Numbered from the stretch's first letter, positions 19,692 through 28,004 are shown. The stretch is 46,921 nucleotides of DNA from a bacterium (GCA_030430915.1 JAUIKH010000002.1:1-46921), one strand, 5' to 3'. Translations and numbers: made by a program. Notes: generated by a model from the sequence alone, not told the origin.

Positions 19692-20013
19692 AGAAAGCTC
19701 CTTGACTTGCAGCGTTTTTAACATCTAACTGTCTGCTAATCTCTTGTGCAACGTCCATTACTTCAGTTAAATCTGTATGTACCTCACTAGATAGAGCAAC
19801 AGCAGAAAGCCACTCTTCTAACGGATAAGTCCGTTCGATCATATCAATTCTATCGTCTGAGAAGACTGGCTCATATTCCATAACTTCAACATCAGCAGAT
19901 TTTAATAAGAAGAATTGCCTTGTTTTCTCTAGGTAATCAACGCTAGGCTGAGTTGAGCTCTGATGTATAAAATCAGAAGCTGTTCTTACTAAATCTGCTT
20001 CAGATGATGCCAT
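19684..20013 (-). CDS. Hypothetical acidic protein (109 aa) embedded between atpA and atpG
   Basis: Its ATG overlaps the atpA stop (TAATG at 20011-20015). Its 3' end overlaps the atpG start by 8 nt (ATGGCTAG) and encodes the atpG SD. No motif recognised. Confidence 0.55.
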   Translation of the reverse strand: MASSEADLVRTASDFIHQSSTQPSVDYLEKTRQFFLLKSADVEVMEYEPVFSDDRIDMIERTYPLEEWLSAVALSSEVHTDLTEVMDVAQEISRQLDVKNAASQGAFYG

Positions 20014-21557
20014 TATTTACTACTTTCTTCCTTGTATTCCTTGGCTACTTTTTCAGCCTGATTAAGTATTACTTGCTTAACTTCATCAGATGGTTTGCCG
20101 CCCTTGTCTAGCTCTTGCATGTCAGATTTCTTCTCGCTCCATAACTGCGACATCAGAGCGGACTGAGCTTTTTTAATACTTTCGACAGGAACTGAGTCAA
20201 ATTTGCCTTCTGTGGCTGCTATTAGACTTGAAGATTGCTGCCAAATACTTAGCGGTGAATACTGTGGTTGCTTAAGAAGCTCGGTTAACCTTTGTCCTCT
20301 TTCAATCTTTGATTTAGTTTCTGCATCAAGGTCTGAGCTAAATTGAGCAAATGCAGCTAACTCACGGAATTGAGCTAAGTTTAGTCTCAATGGTCCAGCA
20401 GCAGCTCTTATGGCTTTTGTCTGGGCTGCGCCACCAACACGAGACACGGATAATCCTACAGATATAGCTGGTCTAATACCTTGGTTAAATAGATTAGTCT
20501 CCATGAAAATCTGACCATCAGTAATAGAGATCACATTAGTTGGAACGAATGCAGAAATATCTCCTGCCTGAGTCTCTACGATTGGTAGGGCAGTTAGTGA
20601 TCCACCACCTTCTTCGTCGCTCATTTTTGCTGCTCGCTCTAGTAAGCGTGAGTGCAGATAGAATACGTCACCAGGATATGCTTCACGTCCTGGAGGTCTA
20701 CGAAGTAGTAAACTCATTTGACGGTATGCAACGGCATGCTTGGACAGGTCATCATAAATAATCAGAGCATGCTCTGAATTATCTCTGAAATACTCACCCA
20801 TAGCAGCCCCAGAATAAGGCGCTAGATATTGCAAGGAAGCAGGATCATTTGCACTTGTAGCTATGACAATGGTCTGGTCCATTACACCTTCACGTTCCAA
20901 ACGCTCAACCATTCTGGCTACTTTGCTCATCTTTTGACCAATAGCTACGTAAATATTTATAACACCGGTAGATTGCTTGTGCTGGTTGATCATTGTGTCT
21001 ACAGCTACAGCAGTTTTACCAGTCTGACGGTCACCAATAATAAGCTCACGCTGACCACGACCTATCGGGACCATGGCATCAACTGCCATAATTCCTGTCA
21101 TCAATGGCTCGTGCACAGATTTACGAGCTAATACTCCTGGAGCAGGGCGCTCAACTAGTGCTGTTAGCTTAGTCTTAACTGGACCCTTATCATCTAATGG
21201 ACGACCAAGTGGGTCAACAACTCTACCGACTAACTCAGGGCCAACAGGAACCTCTAAAACTTTACCTGACAATCGTACTTTTGCGCCTGCTTTTACTTCT
21301 ACATCACTACCAAGTAGCACTGCACCGATTTCGTCCTCCATCAAGTTAAGGGCGAAAGCATTTACAGTTTGTCCGCTTGAGCCTTCAATTTCTATCATTT
21401 CGTTGAAACCACATTCACTCAAGCCATAAATCCAGGCTACACCGTCACCGATTCTAGTAACAACACCTGCTTTTTCTACTCCGCCGGTCTTTTTTAATTC
21501 TGAAATTGCATCACGTACTTCTTTTGCTAGCTCTGCAACCGATACTTCTGCTGACAT
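20013..21557 (-). CDS. atpA: F1 ATP synthase subunit alpha
   Basis: Walker A is GDRQTGKT; also present are [52 protein letters not shown]. Confidence 0.97.
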   Translation of the reverse strand: MSAEVSVAELAKEVRDAISELKKTGGVEKAGVVTRIGDGVAWIYGLSECGFNEMIEIEGSSGQTVNAFALNLMEDEIGAVLLGSDVEVKAGAKVRLSGKVLEVPVGPELVGRVVDPLGRPLDDKGPVKTKLTALVERPAPGVLARKSVHEPLMTGIMAVDAMVPIGRGQRELIIGDRQTGKTAVAVDTMINQHKQSTGVINIYVAIGQKMSKVARMVERLEREGVMDQTIVIATSANDPASLQYLAPYSGAAMGEYFRDNSEHALIIYDDLSKHAVAYRQMSLLLRRPPGREAYPGDVFYLHSRLLERAAKMSDEEGGGSLTALPIVETQAGDISAFVPTNVISITDGQIFMETNLFNQGIRPAISVGLSVSRVGGAAQTKAIRAAAGPLRLNLAQFRELAAFAQFSSDLDAETKSKIERGQRLTELLKQPQYSPLSIWQQSSSLIAATEGKFDSVPVESIKKAQSALMSQLWSEKKSDMQELDKGGKPSDEVKQVILNQAEKVAKEYKEESSK

Positions 21558-21565
21558 ATATTCTC

Positions 21566-21958
21566 CTAATTACTGCTATTTATTACTTGTTGTTTAAATC
21601 TATTCAATCTACCTTCTACAGTAAGGTCTACTTCTTGTTCTTTGGCTGAAGCCTTAACTCCACCTATCACACTCTTGTCTATTGTCTCGTTAAATACTGG
21701 ATTTTCTACATTTAAAAGCTTAGCGAGTTGCTTTTTAGTTGCCTGATCAATTTTGTATGCACTAACTATGCTAACTTGTGTACTGCCTCTTTTATCTAGC
21801 TCTTTTTCAATCGCTCTAAATAGCAAAGAAGACTCACGAGATCTTCTCTCAGCAAGTAAAAAAGAAGCTAGTGAATTAGCGACATCTTCAACCTTTGAGC
21901 CAGATCCAATTCTGTCAGCAGCATATGATGCTAGCTGGTTTATCGAGACTTTTGACAT
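21566..21958 (-). CDS. atpH: F1 ATP synthase subunit delta (OSCP), short form (130 aa)
   Basis: The C-terminal half ([21 protein letters not shown]...[31 protein letters not shown]) aligns with the delta C-terminal domain (IDxSvigG...DgSvrgrL). The position between atpF and atpA fits. Confidence 0.7.
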   Translation of the reverse strand: MSKVSINQLASYAADRIGSGSKVEDVANSLASFLLAERRSRESSLLFRAIEKELDKRGSTQVSIVSAYKIDQATKKQLAKLLNVENPVFNETIDKSVIGGVKASAKEQEVDLTVEGRLNRFKQQVINSSN

Positions 21959-22515
21959 TACTTCATGGCCTCCTTGAGATAATCTTCTACTAGTTTTCTG
22001 TCTGAATTAGCATCTAGTTTTTGATTCAGTACTGCTTCTGTTGCTTCGGTCACCAAACCAGCCATTTCAGATTTCAGTTTGTTACGCGCCTGGGCGATTT
22101 CTCTCTCAATTTTGCCTTCTGCATCACGTAAGATATTTTCTGCTTTGCGGTTAGCAGATTCTTCAGCTTGCTGAATTATCGAACCAGATTCATTATGTGC
22201 TTCAGCAATAACTGCATCAGCATCTTTACGAGCTATTTTAAGTACTTGCTCAACCTTTTCATCTAGTTCTGCCTTTTGCTTATCCATCTCAGCAGTCAAA
22301 TGAAGCCCACGGTTAATATCATCGTGTCTTTTATCTAAATTTTTAACAATTCCATCTAGTGCAAACTTCTTTACTAGCCATAAAAGCAGTAAGAAAGTTA
22401 TTGCTTGTGCAGCTATGGCAAAAATATCTAAGCCCAAAGCACCAATACCTTCTGAAGCTTCTTGTGCATGCTCACCAGCTTTTTCTGCTGCTGCAAAAAT
22501 TCCCATTATATTCAT
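21958..22515 (-). CDS. atpF: Fo ATP synthase subunit b
   Basis: A single N-terminal TM segment (IAAQAITFLLLLWLVKKF) is followed by a long charged helix. The position fits. Confidence 0.85.
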   Translation of the reverse strand: MNIMGIFAAAEKAGEHAQEASEGIGALGLDIFAIAAQAITFLLLLWLVKKFALDGIVKNLDKRHDDINRGLHLTAEMDKQKAELDEKVEQVLKIARKDADAVIAEAHNESGSIIQQAEESANRKAENILRDAEGKIEREIAQARNKLKSEMAGLVTEATEAVLNQKLDANSDRKLVEDYLKEAMK

Positions 22516-22633
22516 CTGTTATATTATATCCTTTCTGGCTGCAATAACCACGACCGCTTCAAATCTTTTGAAAAGTTCGTCATTATTGCATATTACTCTC
22601 TATGTTTTGTTAATCGATTGAAATTTGTTGGGT

Positions 22634-22739
22634 TATTCGCTGATGAAGTACAAGGCAGAGGGCGGAGCTCAAGCGAGCTGTATTAGCTATACAGTGAGCG
22701 AGCACCGCAAACCTCTAACGCAGTAATTCGCTGCGAATA
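22634..22739 (-). other. G+C-rich nested-helix RNA element in the atpE-atpF spacer
   Basis: Four nested helices were read by eye. P1 is 22634-22640/22733-22739 (TATTCGC/GCGAATA). P2 is 22657-22665/22705-22716 (AGAGG+GCGG with an AAA bulge). P3 is 22667-22671/22695-22699 (GCTCA/TGAGC). P4 is 22678-22683/22689-22694 (CTGTAT/ATACAG). Total is about 27 bp in 106 nt. Confidence 0.4.
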
Positions 22740-22742
22740 TCC

Positions 22743-22994
22743 TTACAAAAGGAAGGCACCAAGTAGGAAGGCAAGCAACGCCGTAACCTCAATCATCGCT
22801 GCGATGATGATGATTTGACTTGCGGCTTTTCCAGCTTCTGGGTTACGGCCCAAAGCTTTCATGTAGTTTGAGCCAACAAGAGCCAAACCAATTGCAGCAA
22901 GAGCTAAAGCTAGTCCAAGCATAATGCTTTTTGACCAAGCTTGTGCAACTTCTACGCTGAATTCGTTTGCTTCAGCTAATATTGTGTTTAACAT
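22743..22994 (-). CDS. atpE: Fo ATP synthase subunit c
   Basis: It is a two-TM hairpin with the polar loop GRNPEAG and the ion-binding carboxylate in AAMIEVTALLAF. SD is AAGGAG. Confidence 0.9.
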   Translation of the reverse strand: MLNTILAEANEFSVEVAQAWSKSIMLGLALALAAIGLALVGSNYMKALGRNPEAGKAASQIIIIAAMIEVTALLAFLLGAFLL

Positions 22995-23058
22995 TTTTTC
23001 TCCTTAGGACATTGTCCATATGGTTACTTTTAAAAGAACTTTTTTAGGGTTCTTATTA

Positions 23059-23892
23059 TCACGCCGTTAGCTCCTCGACCTTTTGAGCTGATGGTTCATG
23101 ATCTTCCTCAGGGTGCGCATGAGATATAGCTAAGCTTAGGTATGTAGCTGAAAGCACGGTAAACACATACGCCTGTATACCGGCTACAAGAAGTTCAAAT
23201 AAAATAATTGGTATTACTGCAATTGGAGTACGACCTCCACTCAATATAAGGCTTGTGAAAACAGCTATTAGTATCTCGCCAACAGCGGTATTCAAAAACA
23301 GCCTTAGAGCTAAGCTCAATATTCTGGTAAACTCACCAAAAACTTCTAATATGCCAATGAAAAAGTTAATCGGGTTCAGAGGTTTATCGCTAAAATAGTG
23401 CTGGAAATGACCCTTAAATCCCTGAGCTTTAATAGACAAAACTTGAACTGCAATAATTGCAATCACGGCCATAACAAGAGTCCCGTTAAGATCGGCTGTA
23501 AACGGTCTAAATATCGGAATACTATCAACTGTTATGCCAGGCCCAACAATTGGTATTAAGCCTAAAGTGTTACTAAATAAAATAAAAAGAAAAAAAGTTG
23601 CAAATAAAGGAGCATACTTATATGCCTGCTTACGATTACCGAAAGCTCCTTCTAAGACCCCAATAACGAATTCAACTACCACTTCAAGAACAGCTACAGC
23701 TCCTTTTTGAGCCTTAACTCTGGACTTCTTGGCAAGCATTATTAATACAATAGCCATAAATGCAGCAACAATTAGACCGTAAAGCATTGAATTTGTTACA
23801 GTCACACCACCAATTTCAAATACTTTTTCAGCCTTCAATGACACATGAATGTCACTGTTTGATGACGATAGAATAGATAAGGTATTTAGCAT
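23059..23892 (-). CDS. atpB: Fo ATP synthase subunit a
   Basis: It is polytopic and carries the essential Arg motif LSLALRLFLNTAVGE. It is the first gene of the operon. Confidence 0.9.
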   Translation of the reverse strand: MLNTLSILSSSNSDIHVSLKAEKVFEIGGVTVTNSMLYGLIVAAFMAIVLIMLAKKSRVKAQKGAVAVLEVVVEFVIGVLEGAFGNRKQAYKYAPLFATFFLFILFSNTLGLIPIVGPGITVDSIPIFRPFTADLNGTLVMAVIAIIAVQVLSIKAQGFKGHFQHYFSDKPLNPINFFIGILEVFGEFTRILSLALRLFLNTAVGEILIAVFTSLILSGGRTPIAVIPIILFELLVAGIQAYVFTVLSATYLSLAISHAHPEEDHEPSAQKVEELTA

Positions 23893-23952
23893 GTGCTAAC
23901 CCCACAAAAAATCGTCGGCATAAGGTCGGCGTTGAATCTCATATTTAATTGC

Positions 23953-23982
23953 ATTATAACAGTTATAAGTACTAGCATACAA
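23953..23982 (-). promoter_or_regulatory. Candidate atp operon promoter (extended -10)
   Basis: The minus strand reads TTGTAT-18 nt-(TGT)TATAAT, about 60 nt upstream of the atpB ATG. Confidence 0.45.
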
Positions 23983-24021
23983 CACCTATGAGCAAATTTA
24001 ATTCATATTTATTTTTTAGGG

Positions 24022-24027
24022 TATAAT
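24022..24027 (+). promoter_or_regulatory. -10 box TATAAT, 6 nt upstream of the ATG at 24034 (leaderless geometry)
   Basis: The sequence is gggTATAATtagcttATG. Confidence 0.4.
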
Positions 24028-24033
24028 TAGCTT

Positions 24034-24342
24034 ATGTTTAATATATTTGCACATGCAGGAGAAAGACACGAAAGTGCAGCGGTGGCTGCAGCTCATGAAA
24101 TACCGTGGTTCATACAACTACCACTGTTCGTTGGCTTAATAATGTTATTTGCATTGATAGTTTGGCAACTGTCTAAGAAAACAGAACTTACTGTGTTGCT
24201 TACTTCCGCATTATTATTGATCAGCGGAATTGGCTTCTACGAAGCGGCACCAGCCATAAGTATTGTCGCCATTACTGCTGGCCTGTTTTCAACACTCTTT
24301 ATAACTTTAGTTGGTCTTGGGCCTAAACCAAGCAAAAAATAA
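24034..24342 (+). CDS. Small membrane protein (102 aa, ~3 TM)
   Basis: It has three hydrophobic segments. It is divergent from atpB. It does not look like AtpI. Confidence 0.5.
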   Translation: MFNIFAHAGERHESAAVAAAHEIPWFIQLPLFVGLIMLFALIVWQLSKKTELTVLLTSALLLISGIGFYEAAPAISIVAITAGLFSTLFITLVGLGPKPSKK

Positions 24343-24351
24343 TCAAACGAC

Positions 24352-24360
24352 TGTTACAAT
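24352..24360 (+). promoter_or_regulatory. Extended -10 (TGTTACAAT), 6 nt upstream of the ATG at 24367
   Basis: The sequence is cTGTTACAATaacagtATG. Confidence 0.35.
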
Positions 24361-24366
24361 AACAGT

Positions 24367-24936
24367 ATGGCATTTGAAGATTTTGAAACTAAAGAATCTG
24401 TAGTAGTCGTTTACACAGGCGAGGGGAAAGGCAAAACCAGCGCTAGTGTGGGATTAATGGCTAGAGCCCTCGGAAGAGACTGGAAGGTAGCTTATATCCA
24501 ATTTATAAAGCACTGGAACGTTGGAGAACATGATTTTATTAGAAAAATTGAACCCGTCTTCAAAGATAATTTATTTTTTTACAAAGGGGGTAAGGGCTTT
24601 TTCGATGCTGGTGACATTAGCGCAAAAGGCGTGTCTGAAGCTGAACACAAAAAAGCAGCTAAAAAAACATACGACAAAGCATATAAGCTTGCCGTATCAG
24701 GTGATTATAACTTGGTAATTTGTGATGAGATATGCAATGCAGTACACGATGGATTATTAAGTAAAGCACAAATGAAAGACTTAATAGTCAATAAAAGTAA
24801 AAACACAAGTCTGTGCTTAACAGGCAGAAATTTTCCAGAAGATTTAGTTGAATTGACAGACATATCAACAAATATGACTAAGCTAAAACACCATTTCGAC
24901 GATAAATTTCTAGCAAACGAAGGAATTGACTACTAA
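24367..24936 (+). CDS. CobA/CobO/BtuR-family cob(I)yrinic acid a,c-diamide adenosyltransferase-like P-loop protein
   Basis: VVVYTGEGKGKTSASVGLMARALGRDWKVAYIQFIK and LVICDEI are characteristic of the family. Confidence 0.75.
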   Translation: MAFEDFETKESVVVVYTGEGKGKTSASVGLMARALGRDWKVAYIQFIKHWNVGEHDFIRKIEPVFKDNLFFYKGGKGFFDAGDISAKGVSEAEHKKAAKKTYDKAYKLAVSGDYNLVICDEICNAVHDGLLSKAQMKDLIVNKSKNTSLCLTGRNFPEDLVELTDISTNMTKLKHHFDDKFLANEGIDY

Positions 24937-25610
24937 TTGTCGAACATTTGCCCTAACATAGCTGCTTTAGCCAGTAACGCTGGATGTTTTCTGTGGCCTT
25001 CTAATCTGCTTAACTCTTGATTTTTAGCAAAATCGTAAGACTCCATAATTAGTTGCCAATTAAAGTATGGCCTTGCTTCTTGAAGCTCTTCACCACGACC
25101 ATCTGCAAAAGCTTCTTGCATATCACTTAGTAAGTGCACTTGGTACAAATCTTTATCTAGACCCGTTGTTACTACCAGAGTCTTATCAGTAACAAGTTTG
25201 CTGCCAGCGACGGCACCCTTAGGATCTTGACAGTCGGCACACATCGGCAATGTAGGGGTAGCAGCCCCAGTAACACCCTTTATAAGTTCAATGTCTGTTG
25301 TGGCAACAACAACCACCCCAAGAGCTTCTATCATTCCTGCTTTTTGAGCTTTCTTAATAGCAATTTTCTCAGCACATACTTTATCTTTTTCTCTTTTGAC
25401 TTTTAGGTTTCCTGCAGAAAATATTTCTGATGACTCGTCTACAGGATTTATTGCAAATACAGCTGCTCCCACGTGAAAATCTCTATACGAATTAGCCTTT
25501 TCATTAGCTGCAACACGAGCGGACTCCACCATATAAGGCATAGCTGAAAGCATTAAATGATATGGCTCAAAACTACCTTCATGCTCAGAAAAAGTTTCAG
25601 GACTCTTCAT
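24933..25610 (-). CDS. Cytidine/deoxycytidylate deaminase-fold protein
   Basis: The zinc motifs are VCAEKIAI (C/H-A-E) and PMCADCQ (PCxxC). FHVGAAVFA is also present. Confidence 0.65.
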   Translation of the reverse strand: MKSPETFSEHEGSFEPYHLMLSAMPYMVESARVAANEKANSYRDFHVGAAVFAINPVDESSEIFSAGNLKVKREKDKVCAEKIAIKKAQKAGMIEALGVVVVATTDIELIKGVTGAATPTLPMCADCQDPKGAVAGSKLVTDKTLVVTTGLDKDLYQVHLLSDMQEAFADGRGEELQEARPYFNWQLIMESYDFAKNQELSRLEGHRKHPALLAKAAMLGQMFDN

Positions 25611-25657
25611 ATCTATATATTATAACATTTTTTGTATTTTTGACAATGCTAGATATT

Positions 25658-25969
25658 CTATAAAGAATTACTTAGACGTTCGAATGCGTCTAGTAATCTT
25701 CTAAGAGGTTTTTTGTGGTCTGAAATAGAGTAGTATACCCTCAAATGATCATGTGTTCTATCAGCAGAAATCAACCCAACCTCGACTAATAATTTGAGTT
25801 TTTTAGAAAGAGTGGCTGGATTAATTTTCAGCTCGTCTCGAAGTTCTGAAAAGTTCTTTTCTCCATACCTTTCTAATTCAAATAGAATCTTTAGATTTGT
25901 AGAGTCTCCAAAGATAAAAAAGCCTCTGTGAAGCACCACTAATTCTTTTTCTGTCAGTTGTTTATTCAT
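25658..25969 (-). CDS. ArsR/SmtB-family winged-helix transcriptional regulator
   Basis: The wHTH core is NLKILFELERYGEKNFSELRDELKINPATLSKKLKLLVEVGLISA. Confidence 0.8.
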   Translation of the reverse strand: MNKQLTEKELVVLHRGFFIFGDSTNLKILFELERYGEKNFSELRDELKINPATLSKKLKLLVEVGLISADRTHDHLRVYYSISDHKKPLRRLLDAFERLSNSL

Positions 25970-26073
25970 ACTACACTTTCTATACTGGTTATGTATATAT
26001 ACTACTATAGATTGTTAACTACTGTAAACTAATGAACTTATGCTATTGTTAATTTATAAAAAAGGAGCCGGTA

Positions 26074-26697
26074 ATGAATCAAAAAACATTAGATTTAACT
26101 GCTTGGAGTTTAGTAGTTTTATCAATTAGTTTAGCTGTAATCTCTTGGGGTAATGGCTTTAGTTGGAACATAGAATCATTAAACGCTTACCAATGGTTTC
26201 CGCTTTTTGGGCTAGTAGCCTGGATGACAATGTGGGGGCACTACATAATAGGAGCGAGCAGAATAAAGAACAAAGGTCTGCAAAAACCGAAATATTACTC
26301 TACCATTACTGGATATATCGTTTTAGCTTCATTACTATTACACCCTGGAATTTTAGCTTATGAACAAAAAGAAAATGGCCAAGGTCTACCACCAGACAGT
26401 TTTATTGACTACGCTGGTCAAAGCCTTAAACTAGCTGTGTTCATTGGGACATTATCGCTTTTTATATTTTTGAGTTACGAAATATTTAGCAGAATGAAAA
26501 AAACTGATTATATTAAAAAAGTATGGCCAGTTATATCCGTCTCTCAAAGCCTAGCAATGATATTGATTTTTGTTCATGGGCTAAGACTCGGAAGCAACTT
26601 AGGAAGTGGGTGGTTTAGGATAGTTTGGATAATTTATGGACTAGCTCTAATTCCTTGCTTTTATATCATCCACAAACAAGACTTCGAAAAACAATAA
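26074..26697 (+). CDS. Integral membrane protein (about 6 TM, conserved His residues)
   Basis: There are multiple TM segments. The SD is AAGGAG. It is divergent from the ArsR gene. Confidence 0.6.
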   Translation: MNQKTLDLTAWSLVVLSISLAVISWGNGFSWNIESLNAYQWFPLFGLVAWMTMWGHYIIGASRIKNKGLQKPKYYSTITGYIVLASLLLHPGILAYEQKENGQGLPPDSFIDYAGQSLKLAVFIGTLSLFIFLSYEIFSRMKKTDYIKKVWPVISVSQSLAMILIFVHGLRLGSNLGSGWFRIVWIIYGLALIPCFYIIHKQDFEKQ

Positions 26698-26730
26698 ATT
26701 CTTTATTCGAATTACATTTTAAGATGTTAT

Positions 26731-26736
26731 TATACT
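26731..26736 (+). promoter_or_regulatory. -10 box TATACT, 7 nt upstream of the ATG at 26744
   Basis: The sequence is ttatTATACTtaacattATG. Confidence 0.35.
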
Positions 26737-26743
26737 TAACATT

Positions 26744-27247
26744 ATGAAACCAACACTTCATCTTATTGTTGGCTTGCCAGGATCAGGCAAATCTACTTTG
26801 GCAAAACAAATACAAAAACTAACTAAGGCAGTTAAGCTAACCTCTGATGATTACAGATTATTGATATTCCCAGAACCGACATTCAGCCAACAAGAACACG
26901 ACAATTTATATGGAATGATTGACCACAATGTGGAGCACCTATTATCTGCAGGTCATAGCGTTATATATGATGCTAATCTAAATAGAAAAAAACACCGTGA
27001 TGAAAAATATGCACTAGCCAAAAAATATGGAGCAAATACTAAGCTTTGGTGCTTAACAACACCTGACGGTTTATCCAAAAAACGACGTATTGAAGACCAA
27101 AACCACACTTTAATCCCAGAAGGAGAGACACCTGAAAGGATGTTTGATAGGATTTCAAAAATTTATGAGCCGCCTTCTAGAAATGAAAAATGTGTTGATA
27201 TAGATGGAACTAACATAACCAAAGAGGCCGTGAAAGAACTACTTTGA
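26744..27247 (+). CDS. P-loop kinase (AAA_33/zeta-toxin-like fold)
   Basis: Walker A is LIVGLPGSGKSTLAK near the N-terminus; size is 167 aa. Confidence 0.7.
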   Translation: MKPTLHLIVGLPGSGKSTLAKQIQKLTKAVKLTSDDYRLLIFPEPTFSQQEHDNLYGMIDHNVEHLLSAGHSVIYDANLNRKKHRDEKYALAKKYGANTKLWCLTTPDGLSKKRRIEDQNHTLIPEGETPERMFDRISKIYEPPSRNEKCVDIDGTNITKEAVKELL

Positions 27248-27251
27248 TTTA

Positions 27252-27791
27252 TTATTTCTGACTAGATAATATTGCAACACTGACAAATCTCTCGCCGTTA
27301 TCTGTAGTGTCGAATTTTTCAACTCTAAATCCTATGAAGCTAACGCGAGAATCAAGCAAGCATTCTCTATGACCTTTATCACTATTCATCCAGTCTTTAA
27401 ACGCTTTTTTGTGACTGTCAGTGCTAGCTAAATCCAGATTTTCACAGCTAAATAATCTCTTTTCTTTGAATAAAGACGAAAAATCAGTGCCGTTAGGTGT
27501 AATATGAGAATAATATTGATTCAGGACCATATCATATGTTCTTGTATCAGCAATCTTATTTAAGTCACTATCAATAGCAAGAGGTAGCTCTCCTTCTTGC
27601 TTTCTAGCTTCATTGATAAGATCTACAATTTCTATACCTGTTGACTCGTTATTTATCGTTGAAGCTCCAGCTACCTTTGTGTTGTTTTGATTAGCTTGAA
27701 CTACCTCTGTAACGCCAAAACCCTGACTCACAGCAAAGAAAAATGCAGCATAAAAAACGATAGTTATTGCCACAAATCTAAAAGTCTTCAT
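27252..27791 (-). CDS. Secreted CAP/SCP (YkwD-like) domain protein
   Basis: A signal peptide is followed by INEARKQEGELPLAIDSDLNKIADTRTYDMVLNQYYSHITPNG ... WMNSDKGHRECLL. Confidence 0.75.
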   Translation of the reverse strand: MKTFRFVAITIVFYAAFFFAVSQGFGVTEVVQANQNNTKVAGASTINNESTGIEIVDLINEARKQEGELPLAIDSDLNKIADTRTYDMVLNQYYSHITPNGTDFSSLFKEKRLFSCENLDLASTDSHKKAFKDWMNSDKGHRECLLDSRVSFIGFRVEKFDTTDNGERFVSVAILSSQK

Positions 27792-27798
27792 ATATATT

Positions 27799-27828
27799 AT
27801 TATATCACGTTTAGATGCTTTTTGTCAA
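27799..27828 (-). promoter_or_regulatory. Strong promoter TTGACA-18-(TGA)TATAAT ending 7 nt before the ATG at 27791 (leaderless geometry)
   Basis: The minus strand reads TTGACAaaaagcatctaaacgTGaTATAATaatatatATG. Confidence 0.55.
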
Positions 27829-27876
27829 GCCTTACCTATAATTTTTGTGATTTTACTCACAAAACGCCAAAAATCA

Positions 27877-27906
27877 TTGACGTCATATATAGCGTAGTAG
27901 TAATAT
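27877..27906 (+). promoter_or_regulatory. Orphan promoter TTGACG-18-TAATAT with no downstream CDS
   Basis: The sequence is TTGACGtcatatatagcgtagtagTAATAT. The only plus-strand ORF here (27687-27935) starts upstream of it and looks spurious. Confidence 0.35.
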
Positions 27907-27912
27907 TGAACT

Positions 27913-28003
27913 ACACCATCGTTGAGGTGGTTTAGCGACACGAGAATCGTCAAAGATTTTCTGGAGCGACTAAAGAGAGACTGTCAAAGGTCTCTCTTTT
28001 GCC
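27913..28003 (+). ncRNA. Candidate ~90-nt small RNA (promoter-to-terminator unit)
   Basis: It is bounded by the orphan promoter and the hairpin at 27972-28000, which has a better U-tail on the plus strand (TTTTGCCTTT). Confidence 0.3.
27972..28000. terminator. 10-bp hairpin, possibly a bidirectional terminator (GT2 gene on minus, candidate sRNA on plus)
   Basis: The hairpin is AAAGAGAGAC-tgtcaaag-GTCTCTCTTT followed by T. Confidence 0.55.
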
Positions 28004-28004
28004 T

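Noticed and set aside
25993-26002. 10-bp palindrome GTATATATAC in the ArsR/membrane-protein divergent spacer, considered as an ArsR operator.
   Set aside because: It is a pure alternating AT-type palindrome in AT-rich intergenic DNA. It is too short and low-complexity to distinguish from background.
27687-27935. 82-aa plus-strand ORF spanning the CAP-domain gene start and its promoter.
   Set aside because: It overlaps the CAP-domain gene's N-terminus and promoter, has no start context, and its composition is that of AT-rich intergenic DNA.
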